Source of the DNA: Antedon mediterranea
Lineage: Eukaryota; Animalia; Echinodermata
Assembly (NCBI RefSeq): GCF_964355755.1
Contig: NC_092672.1
Span: 38,818,437 to 38,882,436, forward strand
DNA: 64,000 nt
Reading direction: 5' to 3'
Below, one piece after another: positions 25,001 through 35,545 of the stretch. The stretch's first letter is position 1. Each line of letters opens with the position of its first letter. Both the position numbers and the translations under genes were made by a program. The notes beneath the pieces were generated by a model, which worked only from the letters and a program-made list of their open reading frames with translations, was not told the DNA's origin and ran no database searches.

Positions 25001-28000
25001 AAGCTATGTATTTATCATCATTGACACTAATTCTCAGTATCTGCATTACAAACTATGTTAAAAACATTTAAAGTTAAAGAGTGTAAAGTTACAGACTTAC
25101 ATTTGTTTATAGTTGTCTTTTTCACATATTTCTTAATCACAATGGATATTGATGATCAGCTATAAAATGTCTTCTAACCCTACATTGCGTTTTATTCAGT
25201 GATTAGTACATTATCATTCCAGCTTATCCTTCAAATTTGACATCTGATAAATATTTGTTGTGTTCTATGATCTATATCTTTAAGTAATGTGATACATGTA
25301 TATTTTATATCCATTTTTAAATATTCACTTATTTTGGTGATTATGTTTTGTATGACTGCATGTGCTATCATTTCCTTGACAACACTAATTAGTCTTGTTA
25401 TTTTGGTGATTGTGTTTCTTACATTCATACCGGTCATTATTTTAAGTATATTCCATTCCACCCTGGTCACCAGGGGGCGCACCACAAATGAACAGGTATG
25501 TATACAGCACTGTTTTGTACATTTTATGTCTGCACTATTGAGCACAGGGGGCGCAGGAGTGGTATGAACATTGATAAAAAAGTCATTCAACGGGGGCTCT
25601 AGCCCCCTCGTCGGGGAGCCTAGCCCCCCGTCGGGGAACACGGGTACTTTTTGTCGGGGAATAATAATATACAGTAAAAATCGTTCACTTCGTAGCTTCA
25701 GCGCCTAGAAAACCGCGACGTTCCATTGACCGTGAGTACATCAGAGGGCTATTATGCACTATGCATTCATTATTGCCAGCGATCTAGCTAAACAGTAGCT
25801 AGGTACACACTTGTCTGGCGGTATCCCTTTGTACGAATCGTTCAACGTTGGGTCCAGACGCGTGATGTCATGTTCCATCCAGGGACCAAAATGTGTATTG
25901 TAGTTACTTTCCAGGCGAAGTTTACCGACGGTTACGTCGTGTACTGTGTGTCGACGTACGCTACACTACAGGAAAAACGAATTATGTTAATTGTTTGTAT
26001 GTTCACAAATTTTTTGATTTACAAGTAACCCTCTACCATGGGGCACTTAAAATATATATTTCATACATTACTAAACAAAAAAACATGCTATTATTTTCAC
26101 TTAGCCAACATCTTATTAATTATAGCTAAGTTATTAAATTTTCAATGTCCTGTATGAACTTCTCACCACTCGGAAGTTCAGATGGACGTACGTACGCACG
26201 CATACACTTGGGAAGTAGGCTATAAACTGATTTCCCCGACTACTAAAAGGTTCTACGCTTGCGGACGCACCCCACCTCCCCCTCTAAAATAAAGGCAAAA
26301 TGGACCACTTTATTTAAGCCTCTAGGCCCGATGTTTCCATAGTATAAGATGCAATTTTTGAAGACCTGCAGCTCTGGTTTTAAAAATGTTCTTAGCTCAG
26401 CCCCAACCATAAAGCTGGTCATATTTCGAAGAATAATAAGTGCATTTTCCGGGACCTAACAGCTCTATTTTTCAAAAATGTCTTAGCTCAGTCACAACCA
26501 TGATAGGGACTATATTTTGTTTCTTGTTTTGAAGTATAATAAGTCCAATTTCCGGGACCTCCAACTCTATTTTTCTAAATTTTCTTAGCTCCATCCCAAC
26601 CACGGTTGTCTGTTTCTGTAGACTTGTAATTTCGTTTCATAGTATCATTAATATGTATATAAATTAATTGCAACTTCCGGGGACCTAGCAGCTCTATTTT
26701 TCAAAATTTTCTTACGCCTATGCGATAAACAATATAGGCACACCTCTTCGCCTGTTGGTAGCCTACGCTTTACGTTTGCGTATATTAATTTTTCTAAGCT
26801 ACAATTTACCCGATAAATATAGCCATATTTTGAATTTTTTTTTTAAATTGAAAAATATGGATTGAAACAGTCATCATCGCGCATCGTGTTTTTGCACGCA
26901 GTATTTTATTTATGCATTATAAAAAATGGAAAAAGTGGCTACCCTAAATCTTATTAAAATGGCCTCAAATGACGCTAGAACACCGGGGGCCCTTGGCGGC
27001 CCCCAGCCTAGTGATGCTCGCTTCGCTCGCATAGCCCCCTCGTCGGGGAATGTAGCCCCCGCTTCTGGAAAATCCTGGCGCCACCGCTGTTCTACACGTC
27101 TTGTAATTTTGGTAATACACATCAAATACACCTACTTTTAGGTTATTAATCATCTATTTTAGTATTCTCATATTTTGAAATGTTACTATTAAGTACTTTC
27201 TATCTTAACATCTGTAGTGTAGATACATCATTTATACATGTTATCCAAGTTTTAAAGATTTTGTCTTTATTTTGTCAGTGTTTAATAATGATAATTTGTA
27301 CAGCATGATTCTTAATGTAACAAACCGAATGTTTGTAAACAATACTGCTGTAATGTGTATGATTGATTCCATCATTGTTGGATTGGAAATATATTGATAT
27401 TATAAAATCCAAAAGTCTGTCATATGAATGGACACTTAATATGCTTGATTTGTGCTTAATGTAAATAACATTTTCACATCCTGTTTCAATAATCATGGTC
27501 TAAATATTATCTATAAAATATTCACAAAGTTTGTATATGAGTGACTCAAAGCCAACTTGCTCTGTTTATGTACAGAATGCTTCCATCAATAAACCTTTGC
27601 GTCTTTAATGGTGAGATTAATCTTGTTCATCTGTTTAAAATTGTTTTCAATAGGATGAATTAAACCATTTTTTTTTAGGTAACAGGCAAGTTCAGAAGTG
27701 GTCATAATCCTTTTGATATGGGATGTTGGAGTAACTGTGGTGATGTATTCTGCATACCATGGCGACCAAGGTAAATGTCTTATTCTCATTTTAATAAATC
27801 TTAAGGGTTATGCAGTCAAATGATACAACAATATCTAAATGAATATGTCTTTATCCTGATATCAATCTATCTATCTATCTAATATCTAAATGAATATGTC
27901 TTTATCCTGATATCAATCTATCTATCTAATATCTAAATGAATATGTCTTTAATATCCTGATATCAATCTATCTATTTATCTATCTAATATCTAAATGAAT

Positions 28001-29691
28001 ATGTCTTTATCCTGATATCAATCTATCTATCTATCTAATATCTAAATGAATATGTCTTTATCCTGATATCTATCTATCTATCTAATATCTAAATGAATAT
28101 GTCTTTATCTTGATATCAATCTCATTGTTCATGAATATATTGTTATATTTCTGTCTTCATAATATTTGTTGTTTGTCTTCATAATATTTGTTGTAATTTT
28201 TTTTTCTTCACTATATTCTTTACATTCTATAATTCAATTTTGTCATAGTCTTGAATTTTTAATATTTGTATTATCATTCTTGATTCTTATTGTCATAATC
28301 ATAATCTTTATTGTCATAATCTTTATTGTCATAATCTTAATCTTTGTTGTCATAATCTTTGTTGTCATAATCTTTATTGTCATAATCTTTATTGTCATAA
28401 TCATAATCTTTATTGTCATAATCATAATCTTTATTGTCATAATCATAATCTTTATTGTCATACAATAATCTTTATTGTCATAATCATAATCTTTATTGTC
28501 ATAATCATAATCTTTATTGACATAATTTAAGTTGTAAATGTTATCTTTTTCAGTATTGTTGCAAGCAGAATCATACTAATTTAAGGCAATTTAATTGCAC
28601 CACTTTTTTTAGTTTTGGATTACAATGGTTATGATTGTCTTTCAGATATTTAGGTTACAAAGGATGTACATTGACATTGGCAGCACTCTATGCTCCTCAA
28701 CCACTTAAAAACCTGTCTGAAAGTGAGATTCGTCTTAACGTCAGTGGAAATGGTGCTCCACCAGTCTTCAACAGATCAAATAATTACCCAAACTATGTAA
28801 ATCTCTTGTAATTACTATGTATATTGTATATTACATTGAGCCCAGTACTGTTATTAGGTGTGAATAACTGGACATGCATCTAATGGTCAACCAGTGACCA
28901 CTCTGAGTTAGGGTAGTCATTTTGTAAACATTTATTCTTGTTTTAAACCATTAAAGTATTATCTCAAACTGATTCAAAATCATAAATAAATTATAAATAC
29001 ATTATAATGCTGAGAGAATATCGTGTTTTGATCATGATGTCTGCTTTTGTTTTCACAGAGTGTCAATTCCCCTAGTAACCATGCTGTAATGTATGGCAAA
29101 CCTAATTATCAAGACGAAGGTCAGAGTTTAGACACTGAGGAAGAAGAGCCACCACCATATGCTAGAACACCACTACGTCAAGACTTTCAGCATTTACGAG
29201 AAATGGCACGAGTTGCACCACCTCAGGCTTCTAACAGACACGAACAAAGCAACGGTGATAAAACACCTCCAATGTATGATTACAACCCGGTTGAGAACCT
29301 ACAGAGTCCATCGTCCCGTCGACAACCAAGAATCGAACAACCTATTCAAAATAATGTTCACATAGACAATAGAGGGCAAGTTTTACCACCAGATGAATTA
29401 AGATCTAATCCAAATTCTGGGAAGCCAATCGGCAGGCACCAAAATATACAACTCGAACAATCACGAGTTCGTCGCCCGATTTCATTTGTGACGGCGCTTG
29501 AAATGAGCAGAGAGGCTGAAGATATGCAGAAGTCGCAGTCTTCGCCTACTAAAAAGTCAACATCAATGAAACCAAAGGCCAATGGACGAAACCAACATTT
29601 TCGTGGTAACAAGGACTCAACACCAGGCCATGCATATTGTATGCAAGACTCATCACACATGGGCTCACAGAGTTTTGAAGTTTCTGTATAA
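16009..29691 (+). CDS. ZDHHC8: DHHC palmitoyltransferase, ZDHHC5/ZDHHC8 co-orthologue
   Basis: Exons 16009-16112, 19292-19413, 19698-19855, 23411-23583, [24359-24461 or 25393-25495], 27679-27770, 28646-28796 and 29059-29691. Motifs include [52 protein letters not shown], RGRTTxEQVTGKFR and NPF, with a C-terminal PDZ ligand FEVSV. The symbol could equally be ZDHHC5. Confidence 0.93.
16770..18300 (+). mobile_element. Penelope-like retroelement (RT + GIY-YIG), 5'-truncated, with in-frame stops
   Basis: RT motifs [43 protein letters not shown] and LPFLDI, plus the endonuclease [22 protein letters not shown]...EH. Stops fall at 17091 and 17949. It lies in ZDHHC intron 1. Confidence 0.93.
18221..18262 (+). 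ncRNA. Minimal hammerhead-ribozyme motif in the Penelope 3' region
   Basis: CTGATGA-t-GAGAA-tagt-TTCTC-GAAAC-ATGTC gives both core boxes, a 5-bp stem II, a palindromic stem III (ACATGT) and a GUC site. Stem I is weak. Confidence 0.65.
20435..20469. mobile_element. 35-bp palindrome, P-like mini-element or excision footprint
   Basis: CATGGATGTATAAAATT-A-AATTTTATACCTCCATG (arms match 16/17). The flanks gcacaaac and gtaacaaac resemble a decayed TSD. Confidence 0.5.
20923..21185. repeat. ~89-bp tandem repeat x3
   Basis: gaatcatcatgtttcattttgctcctaacagtgttggctgaga... occurs three times. Confidence 0.9.
21743..22075. mobile_element. Kolobok-like MITE
   Basis: TIR AGATGTATTGTCC / GGACAATACATCT, flanked by ttga and ttaa. 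Confidence 0.65.
22120..23227. mobile_element. Kolobok-like non-autonomous transposon
   Basis: TIR AATGGACCTGAAATGGA..TTCGATTTT and its inverse, a TTAA TSD on both sides, and RR...YY termini. Confidence 0.8.
23584..23592 (+). other. U12-type (minor spliceosome) 5' splice site
   Basis: GTATCCTTT directly follows the DHHC exon (phase 2) and is an exact U12 consensus. Confidence 0.92.
23848..24056. repeat. 18/21-bp minisatellite
   Basis: Units of ttctacactgttgtccctca(a/t). Confidence 0.95.
24359..24461 (+). CDS. ZDHHC8: ZDHHC alternative exon 5a (TM4 + TTYE)
   Basis: U12 branch site TTCTTAAC at 24343-24350, acceptor AG at 24357-58, 103 nt. Encodes (G)[34 protein letters not shown]. Donor CAG|gtactt. 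Confidence 0.88.
25393..25495 (+). CDS. ZDHHC8: ZDHHC alternative exon 5b (TM4 + TTNE)
   Basis: U12 branch site TTTCCTTGAC at 25371-25380, acceptor AG at 25391-92, 103 nt. Encodes (G)[34 protein letters not shown]. Donor CAG|gtatgt. Confidence 0.88.
25544..27088. mobile_element. Non-autonomous hAT-like element
   Basis: Degenerate TIR cagggggcgcagga / tcctggcgccaccgctg. The subterminal motif tagccccc(t)cgtcgggga occurs at both ends, with internal ~120-bp repeats at 26360-26720. Confidence 0.6.
27831..28122. repeat. ~50-bp tandem repeat with (TATC)n
   Basis: aatatctaaatgaatatgtctttatcctgatatcaatctatctatct, about 6 copies. Confidence 0.92.
28287..28526. repeat. 15/21-bp minisatellite
   Basis: Units of tttattgtcataatc(ataatc). 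Confidence 0.92.
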
Positions 29692-31883
29692 ATTGGACCA
29701 AAATTTGTTGTAATGTTGAAAAAACTGTGAATATCATTTATTTTCGCTCACAAATAGTGTTTATGTGAATATCTCATGCAATATAAATAGTGTAGCATTT
29801 TTAATAAAGTTGATGGTAAGCTACAGCCTAACATTTAGAGCTTAACAGGCTTGAGGAAATATCTTTGGATGCAATGTAAACGTGTGGATAGCTTGTTGTC
29901 GTCGTCTACAGAATATTTTCCTCGCACTGATTTTCAAGAAGTTGTGTGGATGAATTCTAGAATTGCTACCAATTCCGTAAATATTTGTATGTTAGAAGAC
30001 AAACTGTATGTAATATTTGTTGATATTTTAAGACATTTTTGGACATTATTTGTATTAGTACTGGTACAAATTTGATAATTCTAGAAAGTTTGTATTATTT
30101 AGGAAAGCTTCTTATATTTGAGGAGATTATGTTTCTTATTTAAGTATCAAATGATGTATCTCAGAAGTGTTTTTAGTGTGACTCTCTTGTTTAAATGTGT
30201 TTTTTATTTCAATAATGTGTACATCAAACTCTGATAATATAAAGAATGCCTACCGTTCCTCACACATTACTACATTTGTACATTTTCTGTGAATTGCTAT
30301 TAAACCCATAATTCTGCATTGCAACTAATATAACCTACCTGTAATTCTCTAATAAAAAAAAACCTCTGTAAACTAAATATTGATCATGTGATCAAATTTA
30401 AATGGACAATTGTAAATATGTTCAGTTCACTATGCATCTACAATTTAACAGAATCAAGCATTAATATTAAAAGCTGATGTAAAATTTGGCTTACACTTGG
30501 TTCATACTTTATCACTTATTTTATAATTTTGTTAGACATCACCTTGCTCCTAGTGTAAGTATTTAAGTTTTAGAACACAATTCGTGCTCATATATTACAA
30601 TTTCTTTTTATGTGAATTTTCTTGTATTTTTTTGATTGGAATTCAGATATTATATTCTCAATTTCTGAAGAAAAAAATGTTTGGGGTAATGTTGCACCTT
30701 GTTTGAGACATGATGTCATAATTATTCATGCGATATTCTAAAGTAAAACGTTCTTTATTTTATTTATATCATTGTTTATGATACTGCTGGATTGTATCAT
30801 GATGTATATATTATATACTTTTAAGATTTGTAAAACACTAACAATTATTATTTTTTAGTATTTAATAAAGAAATAGAATGCCTTAGAATGGTTAATATAT
30901 AAATTATATGAAATGAATATCTCTGTTTATTTAATATAGAGATACCGTACTTGGTAAAACAGAGTAAGATTCCCTGGTAAAATGCCAAAAAAACTTGGTA
31001 GACTCTGATTTCATTGTTTAAAAAAAAATATCATTTTTGTAGTTAAATAGATCAATTACAAGAACGGTTTCATCAATATCTGCTGTGAAAACTAATACAC
31101 TGTCCTGAATATAATAATAGCCACTGCACCAGTTATACCGTGTGTAACATTTTTCAAAAAATGTAGTGAAAATTGACGTACGATTTTCTATTAAAAATGT
31201 ACTTATATTATATACAAAGTTCATACACAATCTATTGTATCATGTAATTTTATAGCTCCATGATTGTAAATAGTTGATATAGTTAAAATTTACATTATAA
31301 AGACGTTTACAGTAATCCAATAACTCTTAAGAATGGTATTATAACTGTAATTTTTATTAATACCATTGATAATTATAAAGAGTTATTGAATTACTGTAAA
31401 CATCACATACAAAACATTTAATTTATTTTGGTAACTAATTTTCAGATGTAAAGATATTAATGTTAATTAAGAAACTAAATAAATTGGTAATGTCTGAAAA
31501 AATGAAATGAATGTTCCTTGAATACTCGCAAGTAATTTATCACAGAGGAGTAATGTTGGCAGAGCTGCTAGATTTTGTTTTCAGTGTAGTTTTTGTAAAT
31601 TGCTGGCCAAGTGGACCATCTTGTGACATAAATGTGGGATTTTAATTAATTTTTAAGTTTATACAATACGACTAGAACAATCAATTTCTTTGTTGCCAAG
31701 TTCAATCGTTTTGTGTATTTAACAATTTGGCTTTTAAATTACCCAAACAAATTGTTTATTTATAAATCACAATTTAAGAAAATATAATTATTCAAGTTAT
31801 AGTAATAAAGTGTTAACATAAGAATGCACTGTTATTTATTTCATTTACTACTACAGTACAACTCCTCATTTGGGACACCTCTA

Positions 31884-31998
31884 CTAAGGGGACACTTTTG
31901 AGCATGCCAAATGGTACTAAGGGGACACTTTTGAGCATGCCAAATGGTACTAAGGGGACACTTTTGAGCATGCCAAATGGTACTAAGGGGACACTTTT
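31884..31998. repeat. 33-bp tandem repeat, ~3.5 copies
   Basis: actaaggggacacttttgagcatgccaaatggt. Confidence 0.9.
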
Positions 31999-32289
31999 AC
32001 ACGAAATGAGGGCCATTATAACACTAAAGAAAAATCTCTATTAAAAGGACACTTTTGAGCATGCCAAATGGTTGATTTGATAATGGAGGTATAAAAAGGC
32101 CATATAGATGGCTGCAGTCGCGTGCTCAAATTTGAGTTAGTGTTTACCGACCGACCGACATAGTGAGCTGTAGAGTTGCGTTGCATGCGACTGAAAATAA
32201 AAATGTAGAACTCCATGATTTGGAGTCGCAAAACAACAAAAAGACCATTCATTAGATGGTTATTAGGAATAAAGTAGATAAGGACATCA

Positions 32290-33025
32290 TATCTACCAAG
32301 GTATTGAATCAGGAACTTACTAAAATTGCAAACTGGTTAAAATCTTTCGTTAAATGTTAAAAAAAACTAATTTATTATTTTTCGTTCAGTAAATAATCCT
32401 CCCCAACATTCCTAAATTATATTCTGGCATCACCGAAATTGAAAGAACAAAAGCAACAACCTTTCTTTTTATTAAAATACTTATCTTTTATTTCTCACAT
32501 TAATATAATTTCATTAAAACTATCAAGAGTGGTCGGTGTCCTCAATAAACTTAAACATGCCTTGCCGACGTCCTCCGTTTTACTATTAATTTATAAATCA
32601 CTTTTTTTGCCACATTTAATTTATGGTATAACCGTTTGGGGTTTTACTTCAAAAATTAATTTAAATTGTATTTATATTTTGCAAAATAGAGCTTTAAGAT
32701 CAGTTTATAATGTACATTACCTCCACCATTCTGCTCCTCTTTTTGTCTTATCTAATACACTTAATATTTACGACTTACTTACAAAAAATGTTGCTTTATT
32801 TATAACATAATCAACTGCCCAGAGTTTTTGATAATTATTTTCAAACTTTTAGTTCAGTTCATAATTATAATACCAGAATTAAATTAGATTATGCTTATGA
32901 TTGTTTTAATACGGAGGTTGGCAAAGCATGATATATCTTTTCAAGGACCACAAATATGGAATTCTATACCAGAAGAACTCAAAATTATTAATTTTATATC
33001 TTCTTTTAAGTCCAAATTATATACC
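32290..33025 (+). mobile_element. Degenerate L2/CR1-group LINE ORF2 3' portion
   Basis: KLSRVVGVLNKLKH..LLLIYKSLFLPHLIYGITVWG..LQNRALRSV..HSAPLF, then HNYNTR and FQGPQIWNSIP in shifted frames. It appears to resume after 34036. Confidence 0.85.
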
Positions 33026-33302
33026 TTGTTGTGACGTTAACATATGGCCAGTTGAAGTTAAAAAGTAGTTTTTTCATCTTTTTCGTCAAAGTTATACAAA
33101 TTTCAAAGAGCGTGCACAGCGCTTCTACGTGCCAAATTCTCTTCCAATTCTTATATTTATTTGCTCAATTCATTATCTTTCGAAATTGTCATCATTGAGT
33201 TTATTTTGATAATTCTATCATAACAAAAAATTAGAACATGATGTGTGTCCCGTAATTTCACCTATGCTGCACTGTATATAGATATGTGATAATACCATAC
33301 AT

Positions 33303-33374
33303 GACTCTGTGGTCTAGTGGTATGATACTCGCCCTGTAAGCGAGAGGTTGCAGGTTCGAATCCAGCCAGAGACA
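33303..33374 (+). tRNA. tRNA-like sequence (anticodon TGT, Pro-like body), probably a pseudo-tRNA or SINE head, copy 1
   Basis: A box TGGTCTAGTGG, anticodon stem CTCGC/GCGAG with loop CCTGTAA, B box GGTTCGAATCC and a T6 terminator. There are A-A mismatches in the acceptor and T stems, and C in place of U33. Confidence 0.6.
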
Positions 33375-33671
33375 TTTTTTCATACAACTAAAAATTACGG
33401 AACTTTCGCCAATGAGCTATATGCTCGACGCGATTATGAGATCATGTTCCGAATATGAGCACTGTTTCTATAATTTACAGTATGATTTATATATAATTTA
33501 CACAGTGCTACGCAACATCATTGATTTACATATACACAATATTATTTAAAAAACCGTTGCAAATTAAAGTTGGAATTTATTCTGACTTGTTAAGCCTCCA
33601 CTGATTGTGAGGCCGTTTGTTGTATGAGAGAATGTATCTGGTGGGTGAAAATCTGTGATAATACCATACAT

Positions 33672-33743
33672 GACTCTGTGGTCTAGTGGTATGATACTCG
33701 CCCTGTAAGCGAGAGGTTGCAGGTTCGAATCCAGCCAGAGACA
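33672..33743 (+). tRNA. tRNA-like sequence, identical copy 2
   Basis: Identical to 33303-33374, within a ~205-bp direct repeat (33285-33491 and 33654-33858). Confidence 0.6.
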
Positions 33744-34354
33744 TTTTTTCATACAACTAAAAAATACGGAACTTTCGCCAATGAGCTATGCTCGAAGCGA
33801 TTATGAGATCATGTTCCGAATATGAGCACTGTTTCTATAATTTACAGTATGATTTATACATTAAATATATGTACATATTGTATATGGCATATAATAGGCA
33901 CAACTCAGCACTATAAGCGTATAATAGGACGTCATACATCAACATTTTCTGATCGTATGATAAAAAAAAATTAATTTCAGTAAAATGATAAAAATGATCA
34001 CCTATAATTCGTCAAAGTGACGAATTAAATTCTAGTTTCTACTATTATTGTTTAAGTTAATAATATATCTTAAATTATAACTGCATTCGTTAAGTTAAAA
34101 ATGCCTTTTTTGTTTGTTATCATTTTTACATGTTTCTTACTTTACCTTAACTTAAATATTGTTGCCTGAACCCCTGGCACATTTTTTCAGAGAAATAAAT
34201 TATTATTGATATTGATATAATTATAATATTGAAAAACCTCTGGCTTTGTCCAATGCATGAGAGTTTTCAAAAACCTCTGGCTTTGTCCAATGCATGAGAG
34301 TTTTCATATAAGTGTACACCAATAATAATGTGAAAACAGAAAATTGACATTTAC

Positions 34355-34370
34355 CATGGAGTACTCCATG
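34355..34370. mobile_element. 16-bp palindrome with a perfect 7-bp TSD (P-like footprint)
   Basis: catttac-CATGGAGTACTCCATG-catttac. Confidence 0.7.
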
Positions 34371-35545
34371 CATTTACTGACAATTCTTTCAAACAAAGCC
34401 ATTTAATTGTCTATGATTACATCAATGCTATTTTTAGAACCAGCTTCAGTGTGTGTGTGTAAAGTGTTGGTGGTGTATGGCGCGTGTGGATGTACGTACT
34501 ACGTGTAAAAGGGGTCGTGTAAAGATAGATGTGATGACATGATGACACATATATGATAATGATCACTCACGTGTGTACTGAAATTCCATTATTAGTTAGT
34601 CTTGGGCAAAGTAAAGGAAGTACTGAAAGAAAAAGCTAGTGTCAAGGTACTATTATATTACTTAGTGGTGGTAGGTTTACCTAGTTAACTAGGCCCAGCC
34701 CAATATAATACAGCTAGGAAAGAAAGTAGGCCTACTCTAGGCCTAGGCCTATGCTAGCGTAGCTTTTGGTTAGTTAGCCGGTCCACTGCTGGCAGGGCCT
34801 GGCGCCTGCTGACCCGCTTTGCGTTAGCAGCAGATCGAGTAAAGAAATATGTTATGGTGTGCCACCAAGGACAAAAATCTTTATGAAGGTTTTTATGGTA
34901 AGGCCATGAATTATATGAAGCCTACCAAGTCCTAGGCCTGCCCTCCCTTCTTGAAAAAAACCAGCTGCTTGCTGTGAGTGATTTGAACACTTTTTGCAAT
35001 GTCAAAATGCGCAAGGAAGGGATTTTTTTCTTCATTTTCTAATTTCGCAAAGAGAACTAGCCAACAAGGCCTTTGTTTGGCTCTCCTCTTTCTTTTCGAA
35101 ACCTTTTAAAAACAACACATCCCTCTATGAAAATGGTGAGTAATGCAGTATTCGAAAAGAAAAAAAAGTGGCACTAGTACCGATGGGAATCAATGCCGAG
35201 CACGGGTGTAGCACTCCGGCAGTCTAAGCATACACCATCCAGCTGCTCGTTTATGACAATGGGGTCTTACATTACAACGCCCTCAATGTATGTAGTGATT
35301 GATCGGTGAAGCACACTCCTTGCCATAGGCATAATATGCTACATATGAGCATGAAAATATGTCGGACGAGGCAAGACACAATTTTCAGCAAAATCCTATA
35401 CCAGAGGGCGGTATATGCCACATATGATAATTATGCCAGTTTATCATGTAACTATAGTGCTCCATGATAGGGATAATTAACACTATGTTATTCAAAACAT
35501 AATTGATAGATAATTTTATTTTCAGTTTAGCATACATGCAGCAGA

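Larger units (their letters stand above)
33026..34035 (+). mobile_element. Non-autonomous Helitron/Helentron-like element carrying duplicated tRNA-like cassettes
   Basis: A 3' hairpin aattcgtca-aag-tgacgaatt is followed by CTAG|T at 34032-34036, and the same end occurs at 45534-45568. It interrupts the LINE at a T-run with no TSD. The 5' boundary is inferred. Confidence 0.6.

Noticed and set aside
27200-27310. Possible third ZDHHC exon-5 variant (tcttaac...ctgtag)
   Set aside because: The in-frame translation reaches TGA and has no FH/RGRTTxE similarity.
23790-28468. Repetitive ORFs (RDNSVEL, FYTVVPQ, IIFIV)
   Set aside because: Translations of the minisatellites at 23848-24056 and 28287-28526.
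33303-33743. Functional tRNA-Thr(TGT) genes
   Set aside because: Stem mismatches, C33, a Pro-like body and the location in a repeat argue against this. They are kept only as tRNA-like.
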